A stretch of DNA of 64,000 nt from an uncultured delta proteobacterium (GCA_963713045.1 CAVQKE010000004.1:864001-928000), one strand, 5' to 3'. Shown: positions 1 to 14,350, counted from the first letter of the stretch. The notes: generated by a model not told the origin, from the letters alone. Program-made: numbers and translations.

Positions 1-465
1 GAGGGCCCTTGGGACTTCCTCGGGAGCAGCGGTGAGGATGATGGCGTCGAAGGGTGCGGCCTCCGGCCAGCCGAGCCATCCATCGCCAACCCGCGTGTGG
101 AGGTTGTGGGCGAAGCGTTGGCTGAGGCGCAACGCCGCCCGCTCAGCGAGGGCAGGACGAACTTCCACCGTATAGACGTCGGCCCCCAGGCCGAGCAAAA
201 CGGCCGTTTGGTACCCGGAGCCGGTTCCCACCTCCAGGACGCGCTCGCCCGGACGAAGTCCTAGCGCCTCCGTCATCTTCGCTACCACGTACGGCTGGCT
301 GATGGTTTGCGCCTCACCAATGGGCAACGCCTCATCGCGCCAAGCTCGGGCACGTTCGTCAGCTTCGACGAAGTCGGCTCGGTGTAGGTCCGCCATCGCG
401 CCCAGCACGCGCTCGTCTTGGATTCCCTGCGCGCGCAGCGCCTCCATCAATCGGGGGTCTTCCAT
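1..465 (-). CDS. pcm: Protein-L-isoaspartate O-methyltransferase (3' end runs off the window)
   Basis: Manual translation from ATG 465: MEDPRLMEALRAQGIQDERVL...LPIGEAQTISQPYVVAKM...VLEVGTGSGYQTA, with the PIMT QTISQP motif and SAM motif I. Not in the ORF track because it is truncated. Confidence 0.9.
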   Translation of the reverse strand, partial: MEDPRLMEALRAQGIQDERVLGAMADLHRADFVEADERARAWRDEALPIGEAQTISQPYVVAKMTEALGLRPGERVLEVGTGSGYQTAVLLGLGADVYTVEVRPALAERAALRLSQRFAHNLHTRVGDGWLGWPEAAPFDAIILTAAPEEVPRAL

Positions 466-488
466 CGCCAGCTCCCCCAGCAGCCTAC

Positions 489-3023
489 CTAGCCCACCTC
501 CGCCAGAGCCAGGCGACCCTCCCAGCGCTCTTCCAGGGCACGGACCAACGGTGCGTGCTCGGGCCGGGTGAGACTCGGGTCAGCCTCGGCGATGGAACGC
601 GCCTCTTCCGCAGCGACGGCGGACAGCGCCTGGTCGCGCGCCAAGTTTGCAACCGCAAGCTCCGGGACTCCACTTTGGCGCGTGCCGAGAAACTCGCCCT
701 GGCCCCGCATCTCGAGGTCGCGCTGTGCGACGACAAACCCGTCACCCGTTTCCTCGAGAACTCTCAGTCGGGCCAGCGCCTCGAGGCCGCCGGTGAAGCC
801 GGCCAACAGAAAACAGTGTCCGGACGCCATCCCTCGCCCCACCCGGCCGCGCAGCTGGTGCAGTTGCGACAACCCAAAGCGCTCGGCCGACTCGACCAGC
901 ATGACGGTTGCATTCGCCACGTCCACTCCCACCTCGACGACGGTGGTGCACACCAAAATCTGCACCTCCCCGCGGCGGAACGCATCCATCGTTTCTGCCT
1001 TCTCATCGGGCGCCATCTGTCCATGGAGCAGCCGGACGCGCGCCGAGGGAAAGGCCGCCTGCAACTCTGCAGCACCCCGGGTGGCGTCACCCAGGTCGAC
1101 CTTTTCCGAGGCCTCCACCAGCGGGTAAAGCACGTAGGCCTGGTGGCCGCGTGCCAACTCGTCCGCCATCGCCGCCCACACCCGTGCACGGTCCTTGGCC
1201 GCGAGGACGCGCGTGACGATGGGCGTTCGTCCAGGCGGCAGCTCATCGAGGACACTGAGGTCGAGGTCTCCGTACAACGTCATCGCCAACGTTCGAGGGA
1301 TGGGCGTTGCAGTCATCACCAGCACGTCCGGTCGCGGCCCCTTCCCGGCCAGCGCCTGACGCTGAAGCACTCCGAAGCGGTGTTGCTCATCAATGAGGGC
1401 CAGGCCGAGTCGGTGAAACGTCGCGCCATCCTGAATCAGCGCCTGCGTCCCAACGGCGATTGCCGCCCGTCCAGAGGCAACCTGGGCCCGGGCGCGCCGT
1501 CGGTCTGCGGCAGGGCCAGTCCCCGTCACCAGCGCCACCTCCACTCCGAGAGGCTTCAGCAGCCTCGCCAGCGTGGTGGCGTGTTGGGCGGCGAGGATTT
1601 CCGTGGGTGCCATCAGCGCCACCTGCCAACCGTCCAGCACGGCAAGTGCGGCGGCCATCGCCGCGACCGCCGTCTTCCCAGAACCCACGTCGCCTTGGAG
1701 GAGTCGGTGCATCGGCTCCGGGCGCGCCATGTCCCGTGCGATTTCACCAAAGGCCCGCTCCTGAGCGCCGGTGGGCCTGAAGGGGAGAAGCCCCCGAGCG
1801 CGCGACAGCCGCTCTTGGTCCACCTGAAAGCGAATGCCCGGGCTCCGCTTCACGCCCTGCCGGCGAAGCGCCAAGCCGAGGTGAAGGAAAAAGAGTTCGT
1901 CGAAAGCCAGGCGCCGGTGGGCGGCACCCTGGTGCGCATCCAGCTCGGCAAGGTCGTCTTCATCCAAGGGATGGTGCAGCCGCAGCAGCGCCTGCGAGAG
2001 CGGCAACAACCCCAGCCGGCGCAGCAGGGGAGAAGGGAGCGGGTCTGGCACCGCGGAGCTCGCGTCCCGCGAGATTCCATGGGCCAGAGCACGAATTTGA
2101 CGTTGCTCGTGCCTTTCGAAGCCTGGGTACAAAGGCACAATCCGCCCGAAGTGGACGCCTGCTCCCTGCCCTTCATCGGCCGGTTCCACCTCCGGGTGCA
2201 CCATTTCCCGTCCAACCGGCGAGCTGCGGAGCTCGCCCGAGACAATCAACCTCTGCCCCAGCGGAAAGCGGGCCTTCATCCAGGGCCCTGTCTGGAAATA
2301 GGTGAGAGCGATGCTGCCGGTGCTGTCCGCCAGCACCGCCCGGAAGACGCGGCGACCCGGGCGAAGCGACACTTCTCCCGCGGCACGCACCGTGCCCACC
2401 GTCACTCCTCGCATTCCAGGCACCAGCTCCCGAAGCGTGGAGAGCCGGCGGCGGTCCTCGTAGCCTCGGGGCAGCAAGAAGAGGATGTCACCCACCCGCA
2501 ACAGGCCCTTCTTCTCCAGCGCGCCGAGGAGCCGGGGGTTGATGCGGATGCCGGAGCGCCGCAGCGGGACCGCCAGCGGTCCGTTGGTCGGCGCGATGGA
2601 AAGTGTCCGCAGAGCGGGCGGCGGCTCGGCCTCCGGCTTCTTCGTCTGGCGACTGCGCCCCTTGGCGGCACTCGCCGGGGCCGCTGCCGCGGGGACGGAG
2701 GAGGCCGAAGGCTCGACTGGCAGGACTGGGCGGCCGGAGTCAGCGACGGCCACGGCGCCCGGGCCGTTGACCGGGGCCGCCTGGACGCACTCGGCGAGTC
2801 GACGCAGCGCCGTCGCCTGCGCGTCGAGGGAGGCTCCGCGGGTCGCAGCGAGCGCATCCGACAGAAGCCGCACCTCTGCGGCCGGTGCGCCGCCGGCGCG
2901 AGCCTCTTTCAAGGAGGCTTCGAGGAGTCCCGTCAACCCGCGCACCCGTCCGAGCGCGCGAAAGTCGCGTTGGGCAAGAAAACGAAGCGGGACAGCCAAA
3001 CGGCTGAAGTGGGGGCGGCCCAT
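489..3023 (-). CDS. recG: ATP-dependent DNA helicase RecG
   Basis: QGDVGSGKT Walker A, DEQHRFG, MTATPIPRTL, QLHQLRGRVGRG; wedge domain PRGYEDRR. Confidence 0.97.
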   Translation of the reverse strand: MGRPHFSRLAVPLRFLAQRDFRALGRVRGLTGLLEASLKEARAGGAPAAEVRLLSDALAATRGASLDAQATALRRLAECVQAAPVNGPGAVAVADSGRPVLPVEPSASSVPAAAAPASAAKGRSRQTKKPEAEPPPALRTLSIAPTNGPLAVPLRRSGIRINPRLLGALEKKGLLRVGDILFLLPRGYEDRRRLSTLRELVPGMRGVTVGTVRAAGEVSLRPGRRVFRAVLADSTGSIALTYFQTGPWMKARFPLGQRLIVSGELRSSPVGREMVHPEVEPADEGQGAGVHFGRIVPLYPGFERHEQRQIRALAHGISRDASSAVPDPLPSPLLRRLGLLPLSQALLRLHHPLDEDDLAELDAHQGAAHRRLAFDELFFLHLGLALRRQGVKRSPGIRFQVDQERLSRARGLLPFRPTGAQERAFGEIARDMARPEPMHRLLQGDVGSGKTAVAAMAAALAVLDGWQVALMAPTEILAAQHATTLARLLKPLGVEVALVTGTGPAADRRRARAQVASGRAAIAVGTQALIQDGATFHRLGLALIDEQHRFGVLQRQALAGKGPRPDVLVMTATPIPRTLAMTLYGDLDLSVLDELPPGRTPIVTRVLAAKDRARVWAAMADELARGHQAYVLYPLVEASEKVDLGDATRGAAELQAAFPSARVRLLHGQMAPDEKAETMDAFRRGEVQILVCTTVVEVGVDVANATVMLVESAERFGLSQLHQLRGRVGRGMASGHCFLLAGFTGGLEALARLRVLEETGDGFVVAQRDLEMRGQGEFLGTRQSGVPELAVANLARDQALSAVAAEEARSIAEADPSLTRPEHAPLVRALEERWEGRLALAEVG

Positions 3024-3083
3024 GGGCTTCCTGTATTCTAACGGAGCCTCCCACCAGCCCTGGTGTTCCTCCCCGGGAGGCCC

Positions 3084-3593
3084 CTAGCCAGTGGTGTCTT
3101 CGTCGTCTGCTGCTTCGTCGAAGGTGATTGCCCCGATTTCGACCTCGCGGCTGCCACCAGGGCTCTGCACCGAAGCGGAGTCGCCTACTTGCTTGCCAAT
3201 CAATGCCCGGGCGAGTGGGGACGTCACGGAAATGTGGCGCTTCTTTATGTCGGCCTCAATCTCTCCGACAATGCGGTAGCTCACCGACTTCTCCGTCTCC
3301 TGGTCCACCACCGTCACGGTGGCACCGAAGATGACACGGTCGCCGCCCAGCTTGCGCGTGTCGATGACCTCGGCCCGGGAAATCCAGTTATTGAGGTCGA
3401 GGATGCGACCCTCAATGTGCGACTGCTTCTCCTTGGCAGCGTGGTATTCCGCGTTCTCGCGCAAATCGCCGTGGCCGCGAGCGACTTCGATTTCCCGGGA
3501 GATGCGGAGTCGCTCCACCGTCTGAAGCTGTTTCAACTCAGCCTTGAGCCGACGCAGACCCGCTGCCGTGATGGGGATGGAGTCACTGCTCAT
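3084..3593 (-). CDS. greA: Transcription elongation factor GreA
   Basis: ARGHGDLRENAEYHAAKE and ISVTSPLARALIGK; start set at MSSDSIPIT. Confidence 0.95.
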   Translation of the reverse strand: MSSDSIPITAAGLRRLKAELKQLQTVERLRISREIEVARGHGDLRENAEYHAAKEKQSHIEGRILDLNNWISRAEVIDTRKLGGDRVIFGATVTVVDQETEKSVSYRIVGEIEADIKKRHISVTSPLARALIGKQVGDSASVQSPGGSREVEIGAITFDEAADDEDTTG

Positions 3594-3693
3594 GGGCGTC
3601 CACGTCTCCTCGGAGGCGAGCCGCTCAGGATAGAGAGGAAGCATGGCCCCGGGCAATTCCCGGCCGCCTGTTTCTCGACAACCGCTGCGCCCC

Positions 3694-6918
<3,225 letters not shown>

Positions 6919-7025
6919 CGGGCCGGGGCGTGTACCACGAAGCGGCAACGGGGGGGCAGACTGCCGCCCCGACTTCGTCCAAGGACGGCCCCCGAGCCCA
7001 GGACGGCCGCCCGCGACGCCCTCAG

Positions 7026-8225
7026 TCAGCCGGTAAGGCCGCCCACGAAGTCACGCAGCCGCGCGAGGCCCTTCTCGATTGTGGCCCGCGAGGCGGCAAA
7101 GCTGAAACGCAGGTGCCCCTCGCCCCCAAAGGGAGTTCCCGGGACCGCCGCCAGTCGGTAGTCGTCGAGGAGGACCTGGGAGAGGCGCAGCGAGTTCTCG
7201 AGCGGCTTGCCCCGGTGCCGCTTTCCCAACAGGCCCTGGAAGCTGGGGAAGAGGTAGAAGGCGCCTTCCGGAGGCCGAAGCCGTACGCCAGGCAGTGCCT
7301 GCATCCCGGCCACGAAGATGTCGCGACGCACCAGGAATTCCCGGGCCATCAGCTCGAGCGTGTCCATCGGTCCTCGCAGCGCCGCCACCGCGGCCCGCTG
7401 CCCAATGCTCGAAGCGTTGGAGGTCGACTGGTCCTGCAGCATCGACATGGCCGAGATGAGTGGCTTTGGACCCGCGGCGTAGCCCAGCCGCCAGCCCGTC
7501 ATCGCGAAGGCCTTGCTCATTCCATTGACAACCAGCGTCCGGTCCGCGAGGCCGGGCGCGACGTTGAGCACCTGCACGAAGGGCCGCCCGGTGTAGAGCA
7601 GCTTCTCGTAGATGTCGTCCGTCACCACCAACACCTCCGGACGCCGCTCGAGCACGTCTGCCAGCGCGGCCAGCGCCTCGGCCGAAAGCACGGCGCCGGT
7701 CGGGTTGGAAGGGCTATTGAGGACGACGGCGCGTGTTCGCGGGCTCAGCGCCCGGGCGAAGAGTTCCGGGTCCGGCACCCAGCCATCCGCCTCACGCGTC
7801 TGGACAAAGACCGGCCGGCCACCCGCCAGCAACACCATCTCCGGGTAACTCATCCAGGCAGGATTGAAGATGATGACTTCGTCGCCCTCGTCCACCACCG
7901 CCTGGAAGAAGTTGTACAGGCACTGCTTCGCCCCGTTGCTCACCAACACCTGCTCCGGGGTGTAGGTCAATGCGTTGTCGCTCTTGAGCTTGTCGCAGAT
8001 GGCCGCCCGCAACTCCGGTATACCGGCGGTTGCCGTGTACTTGGTGAAGCCCTCCTCCAGTGCCTGCACCGCCGCCCGTTTGATGTGCTCGGGGGTGTCG
8101 AAGTCCGGCTCGCCGGCGGCGAAACCAACCACATCTTCGCCGGCGGCGGCGAGCGCCTTGGCGCGGGCGTTGAGGGCAAGCGTGGGCGAGGGCTGAATGT
8201 CTTTGAGGCGGCGAGCCAGCTTCAT
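7026..8225 (-). CDS. aspC: PLP-dependent class I aminotransferase (aspartate aminotransferase-like)
   Basis: [32 protein letters not shown] (PLP lysine); start at MKLARRL. Confidence 0.88.
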   Translation of the reverse strand: MKLARRLKDIQPSPTLALNARAKALAAAGEDVVGFAAGEPDFDTPEHIKRAAVQALEEGFTKYTATAGIPELRAAICDKLKSDNALTYTPEQVLVSNGAKQCLYNFFQAVVDEGDEVIIFNPAWMSYPEMVLLAGGRPVFVQTREADGWVPDPELFARALSPRTRAVVLNSPSNPTGAVLSAEALAALADVLERRPEVLVVTDDIYEKLLYTGRPFVQVLNVAPGLADRTLVVNGMSKAFAMTGWRLGYAAGPKPLISAMSMLQDQSTSNASSIGQRAAVAALRGPMDTLELMAREFLVRRDIFVAGMQALPGVRLRPPEGAFYLFPSFQGLLGKRHRGKPLENSLRLSQVLLDDYRLAAVPGTPFGGEGHLRFSFAASRATIEKGLARLRDFVGGLTG

Positions 8226-8314
8226 GGTGTCGCCACTGGCTATACAAGGGCACCCCGACGCAGGACAAGCCGGGCCCCTGGGCCGAGCCGTCCTAGGAAA
8301 GCCCTCGACTGCCG

Positions 8315-8794
8315 TCACTGCCTGGGAAAGCGCTCGCGCAGTTTGCGAAAGACGTTGGGAGGCACCAGACCCTCCACGTCGCCACCGAGCGAGGCCACTT
8401 CCCGCACCAGCTGCGAGGAGATGTAGAAGCTGTCCTGCCCGGTCATCATGAAAACCGACTCGAACTGGCTATCAAGCTCCCGATTCATGTTGGCCAGTTG
8501 AAATTCATACTCGAAGTCGGACGCGGCCCTCAGCCCCCGTAGCACCAGGTGGATGCCTTTGCGCCGGGTGTAGTGCACCAGGAGACCCTGGAAGTCGTCC
8601 ACCTCCACCCTCGGGTCCGGACAAGCCTCCCGAATGAGCTGCCGCCGCTCGTCGACGGAGAACATCGGCGTCTTCTTGGGGTTGTCCAACACTGCCACCA
8701 CCAGCCGGTCAAACACCTTCAGTCCGCGCTGGATGATGCTGAGGTGTCCATTGGTCAACGGGTCAAAGGAGCCGGGATAGATGGCGACGGCCAT
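8315..8794 (-). CDS. coaD: Phosphopantetheine adenylyltransferase
   Basis: [30 protein letters not shown]. Confidence 0.97.
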   Translation of the reverse strand: MAVAIYPGSFDPLTNGHLSIIQRGLKVFDRLVVAVLDNPKKTPMFSVDERRQLIREACPDPRVEVDDFQGLLVHYTRRKGIHLVLRGLRAASDFEYEFQLANMNRELDSQFESVFMMTGQDSFYISSQLVREVASLGGDVEGLVPPNVFRKLRERFPRQ

Positions 8795-8832
8795 GGGGGT
8801 TCCTGGAGTGTCTGCAGGGCGTTTGGGTGGCG

Positions 8833-9393
8833 TCAAGGCTGAGGGGCCGGCGCGGCCCGGTAGAAGCTCAGCACCGTATCCCCGAAGCGACGCTGGTCCA
8901 CCCGGAAAAGCGTCAGGGCGGCCTCGGGAAGTGCTTCCCGGCGGTCGTGTTCAACCACCAGCGTGCCGCTCTCGGTCAGCAGCGGCCCCACCGCCCCGAC
9001 CACCCAGCCGCCCGCCTGCGCTGCATAGGGTGGGTCGGCGAAGGCCAATCCGAACCGGCGGCCTTCTCGTTCCAGCCGTTCCACGGCCCGCTCAACCCGG
9101 AGCCGGAGCACCTCGACCTGAGCCTCGAAGCCAAGCGCCGCGGCGTTTTTCCGGCACAGCTCGGCCGCCTCAGCGGCGGCTTCCACCAGCACGGCGCGCT
9201 CGGCGCCTCGGGACAGGGCCTCCAAGGCGAGCGCGCCGGTCCCGGCGTAGAGGTCGAGGACTTCACCGCCCGCCAGGCGTTGCCCAAGAACGTTGAAGAG
9301 CGATTCGCGCACGCGGTCCGCCGTGGGGCGAGTCGCCGCCGAGCGTGGGGGGAGCAGCCGCCGACCGCGCCTGCTACCGCCGACGATGCGCAT
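8833..9393 (-). CDS. rsmD: 16S rRNA m2G966 methyltransferase RsmD
   Basis: [42 protein letters not shown]; usual rsmD-coaD pairing. Confidence 0.95.
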   Translation of the reverse strand: MRIVGGSRRGRRLLPPRSAATRPTADRVRESLFNVLGQRLAGGEVLDLYAGTGALALEALSRGAERAVLVEAAAEAAELCRKNAAALGFEAQVEVLRLRVERAVERLEREGRRFGLAFADPPYAAQAGGWVVGAVGPLLTESGTLVVEHDRREALPEAALTLFRVDQRRFGDTVLSFYRAAPAPQP

Positions 9394-9426
9394 CCACCCC
9401 TCCCGGCGCCCCAGTCCGGGAGGCGC

Positions 9427-10377
9427 TCAGTGCACTTCCCCGGCGTGGGCGTACGTCTCACTCTCGATTTGAATGGTGGTGTGGTCAATCCCATAGCGGC
9501 CGAGGAGCTCCTGCTTGACCGCCGAGAGGATTAGGTCGTTGTTGCACACCATCGGGTCGAGGACGACCAGATGGGCCGAGAGCGCATAGAGGCCGCTCGA
9601 CAACGTCCAAACGTGGAGGTCGTGAACCGCGACCACTCCCTCTGCGCGCTCGAGCAACCCTCGCACCGATTCTAGGTCGACGTGGGCTGGAACCGCCTCG
9701 AGCAGCACGTCCACCGCATCCCGAAGCAGTCGCCAACCTCCCAGGACAATTACCCCCGAGATTGCCAAGGACAGCACCGGGTCCACCCAACGCCAGTCGG
9801 TCAGCGCCATGACACCGGCGCCAAGCAACACGCCGACGCTGGACAGGGTGTCGCCGAGAACATGGAGGTAGGCAGCCCGCGCGCTGAGCGTGTGGCTATG
9901 GTGCAGAAAGCTGACCGCGCCCAGGTTGGCGGACAGGCCAATGGCCGCCACGATGGCCATCGGGAGCACCTGGACGTGCGGGGGGTCACGAAGCCGGAGG
10001 AGGGCCTCGACGACGATGAGCACGGTGATGCCCAGCAGCAGCACCCCGTTGACCAAGGCGCTCAGAATTTCGAGGCGGACGTAGCCGTAGCTACGCCTCG
10101 GGTCGGCCGGACGCCCGGCGAACCAAAGCGCAAGCAGCGACAGCAGCAGCGCGGAGACGTCGGTCAGCATGTGCCCGGCGTCGGACAGCAGGGCCAGCGA
10201 ATGCGTCAGCCAGCCGCCAACGGCTTCCAACACGGCGATGCCAACGGTGAGCGCGAGCGCTCCAAGCATTCGCCGGCGGTCATGCGCCCGGTGGGCCGCG
10301 ACCGCTCCCGCCACGTCTACCGGCGCTGTTCCATCGACAGCCTCAGCAGGGTGGTGGTTGTGCGGTTGGGACGACAG
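9427..10377 (-). CDS. czcD: Cation diffusion facilitator transporter (CzcD/ZitB-like); start uncertain
   Basis: C-terminal part of the 9427..12075 ORF: SLALLSDAGHMLTD, YLHVLGDTLSS, VHDLHVW, HTTIQIE. Start placed at an in-frame CTG 5 nt after GGAG. Confidence 0.85.
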   Translation of the reverse strand: MSSQPHNHHPAEAVDGTAPVDVAGAVAAHRAHDRRRMLGALALTVGIAVLEAVGGWLTHSLALLSDAGHMLTDVSALLLSLLALWFAGRPADPRRSYGYVRLEILSALVNGVLLLGITVLIVVEALLRLRDPPHVQVLPMAIVAAIGLSANLGAVSFLHHSHTLSARAAYLHVLGDTLSSVGVLLGAGVMALTDWRWVDPVLSLAISGVIVLGGWRLLRDAVDVLLEAVPAHVDLESVRGLLERAEGVVAVHDLHVWTLSSGLYALSAHLVVLDPMVCNNDLILSAVKQELLGRYGIDHTTIQIESETYAHAGEVH

Positions 10378-10542
10378 GTGGGCTCCAGGCCGGCGGATTT
10401 TGCGGTGATGGACTATATATCCACGCGCCACGAGGCCTTGCGAGGCAAGCGCGGCCCGCGACAAAGCGCGCGGCCATGCCTTGACTCGGCTAAACAACCC
10501 TGAAACCGAAGCCAGCGCCTCGGCCACCGTCCCGGGCTGCCC

Positions 10543-11451
10543 TTGTCCCGCCCCCCGCCTACCACCCCACCCGCTCCGAAGCGTGCGCGCAAGAATGGCC
10601 GCCTCTTCTGGACGTCTCAAGGGCGAGGCGCGCCCGCTGTTCTTTTGTGCGACGGCCTCGGGTGCGCTGGCTTCATCTGGCGCTACCTCCAACCGGCGCT
10701 CGCTCAGCACCACCGGGTGGTGCATTGGCACTACCCGGGACACGGCCAGTCGCCCCCCCCAAGGACGCCGCGCGGTTACAGCATCCCCAGCCTGGCCGAT
10801 GACGGGGTCACGGTGCTGGACGCCGCCGACCTTCCGGGCGCAGTGGTCATCGGCCATTCGATGGGCGTCCAGGTGGCGCTGGAGATTCACCGCCGGCACC
10901 GCGCACGGGTGCAGGGCTTGGTCCTGGTTTGCGGCAGCCCGGGACACCCGCTGGACACCTTCCACGACACCAGCGTCCTGCGCTCCGCCTTGCCGGCGCT
11001 TCGTCGGACCGCCGAAGCGGCGCCTCGGGGAGTCTCCGCTCTGGCCCGAGCGATGGTCCGCTCTGGCGTCGCGCTCGAGCTTGCTCTTCTCTTCGAGGTC
11101 AATCCGGAGCTCGTCCATCGCGAAGACCTGGAGCCCTACTTCGAGCACTTTTTGAAGATGGACCCGCGGGTTTTCCTGCGCGCCATGCAGGCCGCCTCGG
11201 AACACAGCGCCGAGGACCATCTGGTTGCGGTGGATGTTCCAACGTTGGTGATTGCCGGCGACCGCGACCGCTTCACTCCAGCCTGGCTCTCCCGGCGGAT
11301 GGCACTCGAAATCCCAGGGGCCGAGCTGCTGATGGTGCCCGGGGGGAGCCACACCACACCGCTGGAAGTGCCGACGCGTCTTCAAAGCGCGGTGGCGGAT
11401 TTTCTGCGCAGGCGGGTGCCCGCGTCCGACACTGAGACGACGCCCGCTTGA
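10543..11451 (+). CDS. Alpha/beta fold hydrolase
   Basis: YPGHGQS, GHSMG nucleophile elbow, GDRDRF acid, GSH histidine. Confidence 0.88.
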   Translation: MSRPPPTTPPAPKRARKNGRLFWTSQGRGAPAVLLCDGLGCAGFIWRYLQPALAQHHRVVHWHYPGHGQSPPPRTPRGYSIPSLADDGVTVLDAADLPGAVVIGHSMGVQVALEIHRRHRARVQGLVLVCGSPGHPLDTFHDTSVLRSALPALRRTAEAAPRGVSALARAMVRSGVALELALLFEVNPELVHREDLEPYFEHFLKMDPRVFLRAMQAASEHSAEDHLVAVDVPTLVIAGDRDRFTPAWLSRRMALEIPGAELLMVPGGSHTTPLEVPTRLQSAVADFLRRRVPASDTETTPA

Positions 11452-11556
11452 GCCGAGGCCAGTGGTGTTGGGCCCCTTCGCCCGGTAGCCGGAGGAGGCC
11501 GGAGGCCCCTCCGCTTGCTTCGCGGAGGCCCGGACGCTACAAGCCGCGCGGCTTTC

Positions 11557-13395
11557 ATGTTTCCCCGCGCCCAGATTCGCAACGTGGCCATCGTCGCCCA
11601 CGTTGACCATGGCAAGACCACCTTGGTGGACCACATGCTCCGTCAGGCGGGGGTGTTCCGCGCCAACGAGACACTGGTCGAGCGGGTGATGGATTCCAAC
11701 GCCCTCGAGCGGGAAAAGGGCATCACCATTCTCGCCAAGAACACCGCCGTCGAATATCGCGGTCACCACATCAACATCGTCGACACGCCAGGCCACGCCG
11801 ACTTTGGCGGGGAGGTGGAACGCGCGCTTCGTCTGGTGGATGGCGTACTTCTCCTGGTCGACGCCGCGGAGGGTCCGCTCCCGCAAACACGCTTCGTCTT
11901 GTCCAAGGCGCTGGCGATGGGACTGCGCACGGTCCTGGTCATCAACAAAATCGACCGCCAGGACGCGCGGCCCCGCGAGGTGCTGGACCAGGTCTACTCC
12001 CTCTACATCGACCTCGGGGCCGAGGAGGAGCAGCTCGACTTCCCAGTGCTCTACGCCGTCGCCCGCCAGGGACAAGCATCGCGTTCACTGGCCGAGCCCG
12101 GGAAAAACTTGGAGCCTCTCTTCGAGGCCATTCTCTCGCACATCCAACCTCCGGCCGTCGGTGAGGGCGAGCGGCTCCAGTTGCTGGTCGCGAATCTCGA
12201 CTACGACGACTACGTCGGCCGACTGGCGGTCGGGCGCGTCCATTCCGGCCGAATCGCTTCCGGGCAGTCCTTGGCCGTGGTGCGCGACGCCGGTCGCTTG
12301 GAGACCGGCAAGGTTCTGAAGCTGTATGGCTTCCAGGGCCTGAAGCGGGTGGAGATTGTGGATGCCGGACCGGGTGAGCTGGTCAGCGTCGCCGGCATCG
12401 AGGCGGTGTCCATTGGAGACACGCTGGCTGACGTCGAGCATCCAGTGGCGCTCCCCCGCATCAGCGTCGACGAGCCGACGATGATGATGGTTTTCCGCGT
12501 CAACGACGGGCCGCTGGCCGGACGCGAGGGCAAGTACGTCACCTCACGAAACCTCCGCGAGCGGCTTTACCGCGAGGCCTACCGCAACGTTTCCATCCGC
12601 GTGGAGGACACGGACACCCCGGACGCCTTCCGGGTGGTGGGCCGGGGCGAATTGCAGCTCGCCGTCATCATCGAAAACATGCGGCGCGAAGGGTATGAGC
12701 TCACCGCCAGCAACCCGGAGCCGTTGGTGAAGGAAGTCAACGGCCAGGTCCATGAGCCGATGGAACTCATGGTGTGCGACGTCCCCGAGACGGCAGTGGG
12801 TGCAGTCACCGAGCGCCTCGGCCCCCGCAAGGGCCGGATGGTCGACATGGGACAGCTCGGCTCTGGCCGAACCCGCCTGCAATTCCGCATCCCAGCCCGC
12901 GGCCTGGTCGGCTTTCGGAGCGAGTTTCTGACCATCACCCGTGGCGAAGGCATCCTCTCCAGTCAATTTGACGGCTATGAGCCTTGGTTTGGTCACATCC
13001 CCAGGCGAAGCAACGGTGCCATCGTCTCGGACCGCTCAGGCGACACCGTTCCCTACGCTCTCTTTTCCATTCAAGAGCGCGGAGCGCTCTTCGTCGGGCC
13101 CGGAGTTTCGGTCTACGAGGGAATGATTATTGGCGAACACGCCCATCCCTCGGACCTCAACGTCAACGCCTGCCGCGAGAAGAAGCTGACCAACGTGCGT
13201 GCCGCTGGACGAGACGACAACGTCATCCTCACAACGCCGAGGGAGATGACGCTTGAGCGCTCACTGGAATGGATTGGGCCCGACGAGCTGGTGGAGGTGA
13301 CGCCGAAGTCCGTCCGCCTGCGCAAGCGCCAGCTCACCAGCGGAGACCGCTACCGAGCCGAACGCGAGCGCAAGCGCGACATCGCCTCCGCCTAA
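11557..13395 (+). CDS. typA: Translational GTPase TypA/BipA
   Basis: [49 protein letters not shown]. Confidence 0.97.
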   Translation: MFPRAQIRNVAIVAHVDHGKTTLVDHMLRQAGVFRANETLVERVMDSNALEREKGITILAKNTAVEYRGHHINIVDTPGHADFGGEVERALRLVDGVLLLVDAAEGPLPQTRFVLSKALAMGLRTVLVINKIDRQDARPREVLDQVYSLYIDLGAEEEQLDFPVLYAVARQGQASRSLAEPGKNLEPLFEAILSHIQPPAVGEGERLQLLVANLDYDDYVGRLAVGRVHSGRIASGQSLAVVRDAGRLETGKVLKLYGFQGLKRVEIVDAGPGELVSVAGIEAVSIGDTLADVEHPVALPRISVDEPTMMMVFRVNDGPLAGREGKYVTSRNLRERLYREAYRNVSIRVEDTDTPDAFRVVGRGELQLAVIIENMRREGYELTASNPEPLVKEVNGQVHEPMELMVCDVPETAVGAVTERLGPRKGRMVDMGQLGSGRTRLQFRIPARGLVGFRSEFLTITRGEGILSSQFDGYEPWFGHIPRRSNGAIVSDRSGDTVPYALFSIQERGALFVGPGVSVYEGMIIGEHAHPSDLNVNACREKKLTNVRAAGRDDNVILTTPREMTLERSLEWIGPDELVEVTPKSVRLRKRQLTSGDRYRAERERKRDIASA

Positions 13396-13435
13396 GAGCC
13401 GCCCCCGGTTGGCACCACCCGGCAGGCTCCTCGAG

Positions 13436-14119
13436 CTACTTTTTGGTTCGGGACCGCGTGTGGGCGGAGCGCATCGCCACCTTCACCGCCGGGTGGACGA
13501 AGACGAGGCCGTCGCCATGGCCCGGTACCGCCCCCTTCACCAGCAGCAGCCCCTTCTCGACGTCGACGTCCACCACCGTCAGGTTCTGCGTGGTGACCTG
13601 CTCGACCCCATAGTGTCCGGGCATCTTCTTGTTCGGGTAGACACGACCTGGAGTCTTGCGCTGACCGATGGCGCCGGGGTGACGTCGGTACTCGTGGGTG
13701 CCGTGGGTCTGACCATACCCGCGGAAGTTCCACCGCCGCATGACGCCCTGGAAGCCGCGCCCCTTGGTGATGCCGGTGACGTCCACCAGCTCCCCCTTGG
13801 CAAAGAGGTCGACTTTCACCGGCTCGCCCACGGTGAAGGCAGCCGCGTCTTCCACCGAGACGCGAAACTCCTTGAGGTGTCGGCGAGGAGTCGTGCCTGC
13901 CTTCTTAAAGGTGCCGAGCTCGGCCCGGCTCAGGCGCTTCTCCTTCACTTCGCCGAATCCGAGGGTCACTGCCGAGTACTTGTCCGTTTCCGGAGTCCGC
14001 TTGCCGACGACGGTACACGAGGACGCGTCGATGACCGTCACCGGGACGAGCTCGCCGTCCTCGGTGAAAACCTGGGTCATTCCCACCTTCTTACCGATGA
14101 GTCCCTTCACGTCCTTCAT
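13436..14119 (-). CDS. rplC: 50S ribosomal protein L3, stand-alone
   Basis: GLIGKKVGMTQVF, VDVTGITKGRGFQGVMRRW, PGAIGQRKTPGRV, LLVKGAVPG. Confidence 0.95.
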   Translation of the reverse strand: MKDVKGLIGKKVGMTQVFTEDGELVPVTVIDASSCTVVGKRTPETDKYSAVTLGFGEVKEKRLSRAELGTFKKAGTTPRRHLKEFRVSVEDAAAFTVGEPVKVDLFAKGELVDVTGITKGRGFQGVMRRWNFRGYGQTHGTHEYRRHPGAIGQRKTPGRVYPNKKMPGHYGVEQVTTQNLTVVDVDVEKGLLLVKGAVPGHGDGLVFVHPAVKVAMRSAHTRSRTKK

Positions 14120-14181
14120 CCTCGTCTCTTGTCGCCTGGGGCCCGCGGTGACACCCCCTGGGGGTCCGCGGGAAGCGGCGC

Positions 14182-14209
14182 AATATGCCAGGGGACGCCC
14201 ATAAATCAA
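14182..14209 (-). promoter_or_regulatory. Putative sigma-70-type promoter of rplC
   Basis: Minus strand TTGATT-16 nt-CATATT with TG just before the -10 box; AT-rich patch in GC-rich DNA. Confidence 0.4.
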
Positions 14210-14350
14210 GGCCCTGGACCGCGGGGAGCCCTCAGGCCGGTTTGGATGCGCAGGTTGGACGACATGGCTGGGACTCCCCCCCGGGCCGAAACGACACCGG
14301 GCATGGCGGAGCAGCCGTCCGACGGAACGTTGCTATTGTAGCGGAGTTCC

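Noticed and set aside
555..3041. 828-aa plus-strand ORF and the many similar long antisense ORFs (e.g. 6930..8426, 18528..20165, 47325..49562, 53550..55109, 60179..62146)
   Set aside because: They lie opposite clearly identifiable genes and have no motifs; such shadow ORFs are expected in high-GC DNA.
10378..12075. N-terminal 566 aa of the 882-aa minus ORF as a CDF fusion
   Set aside because: Antisense to the hydrolase and typA; only the C-terminal part is a CDF transporter.
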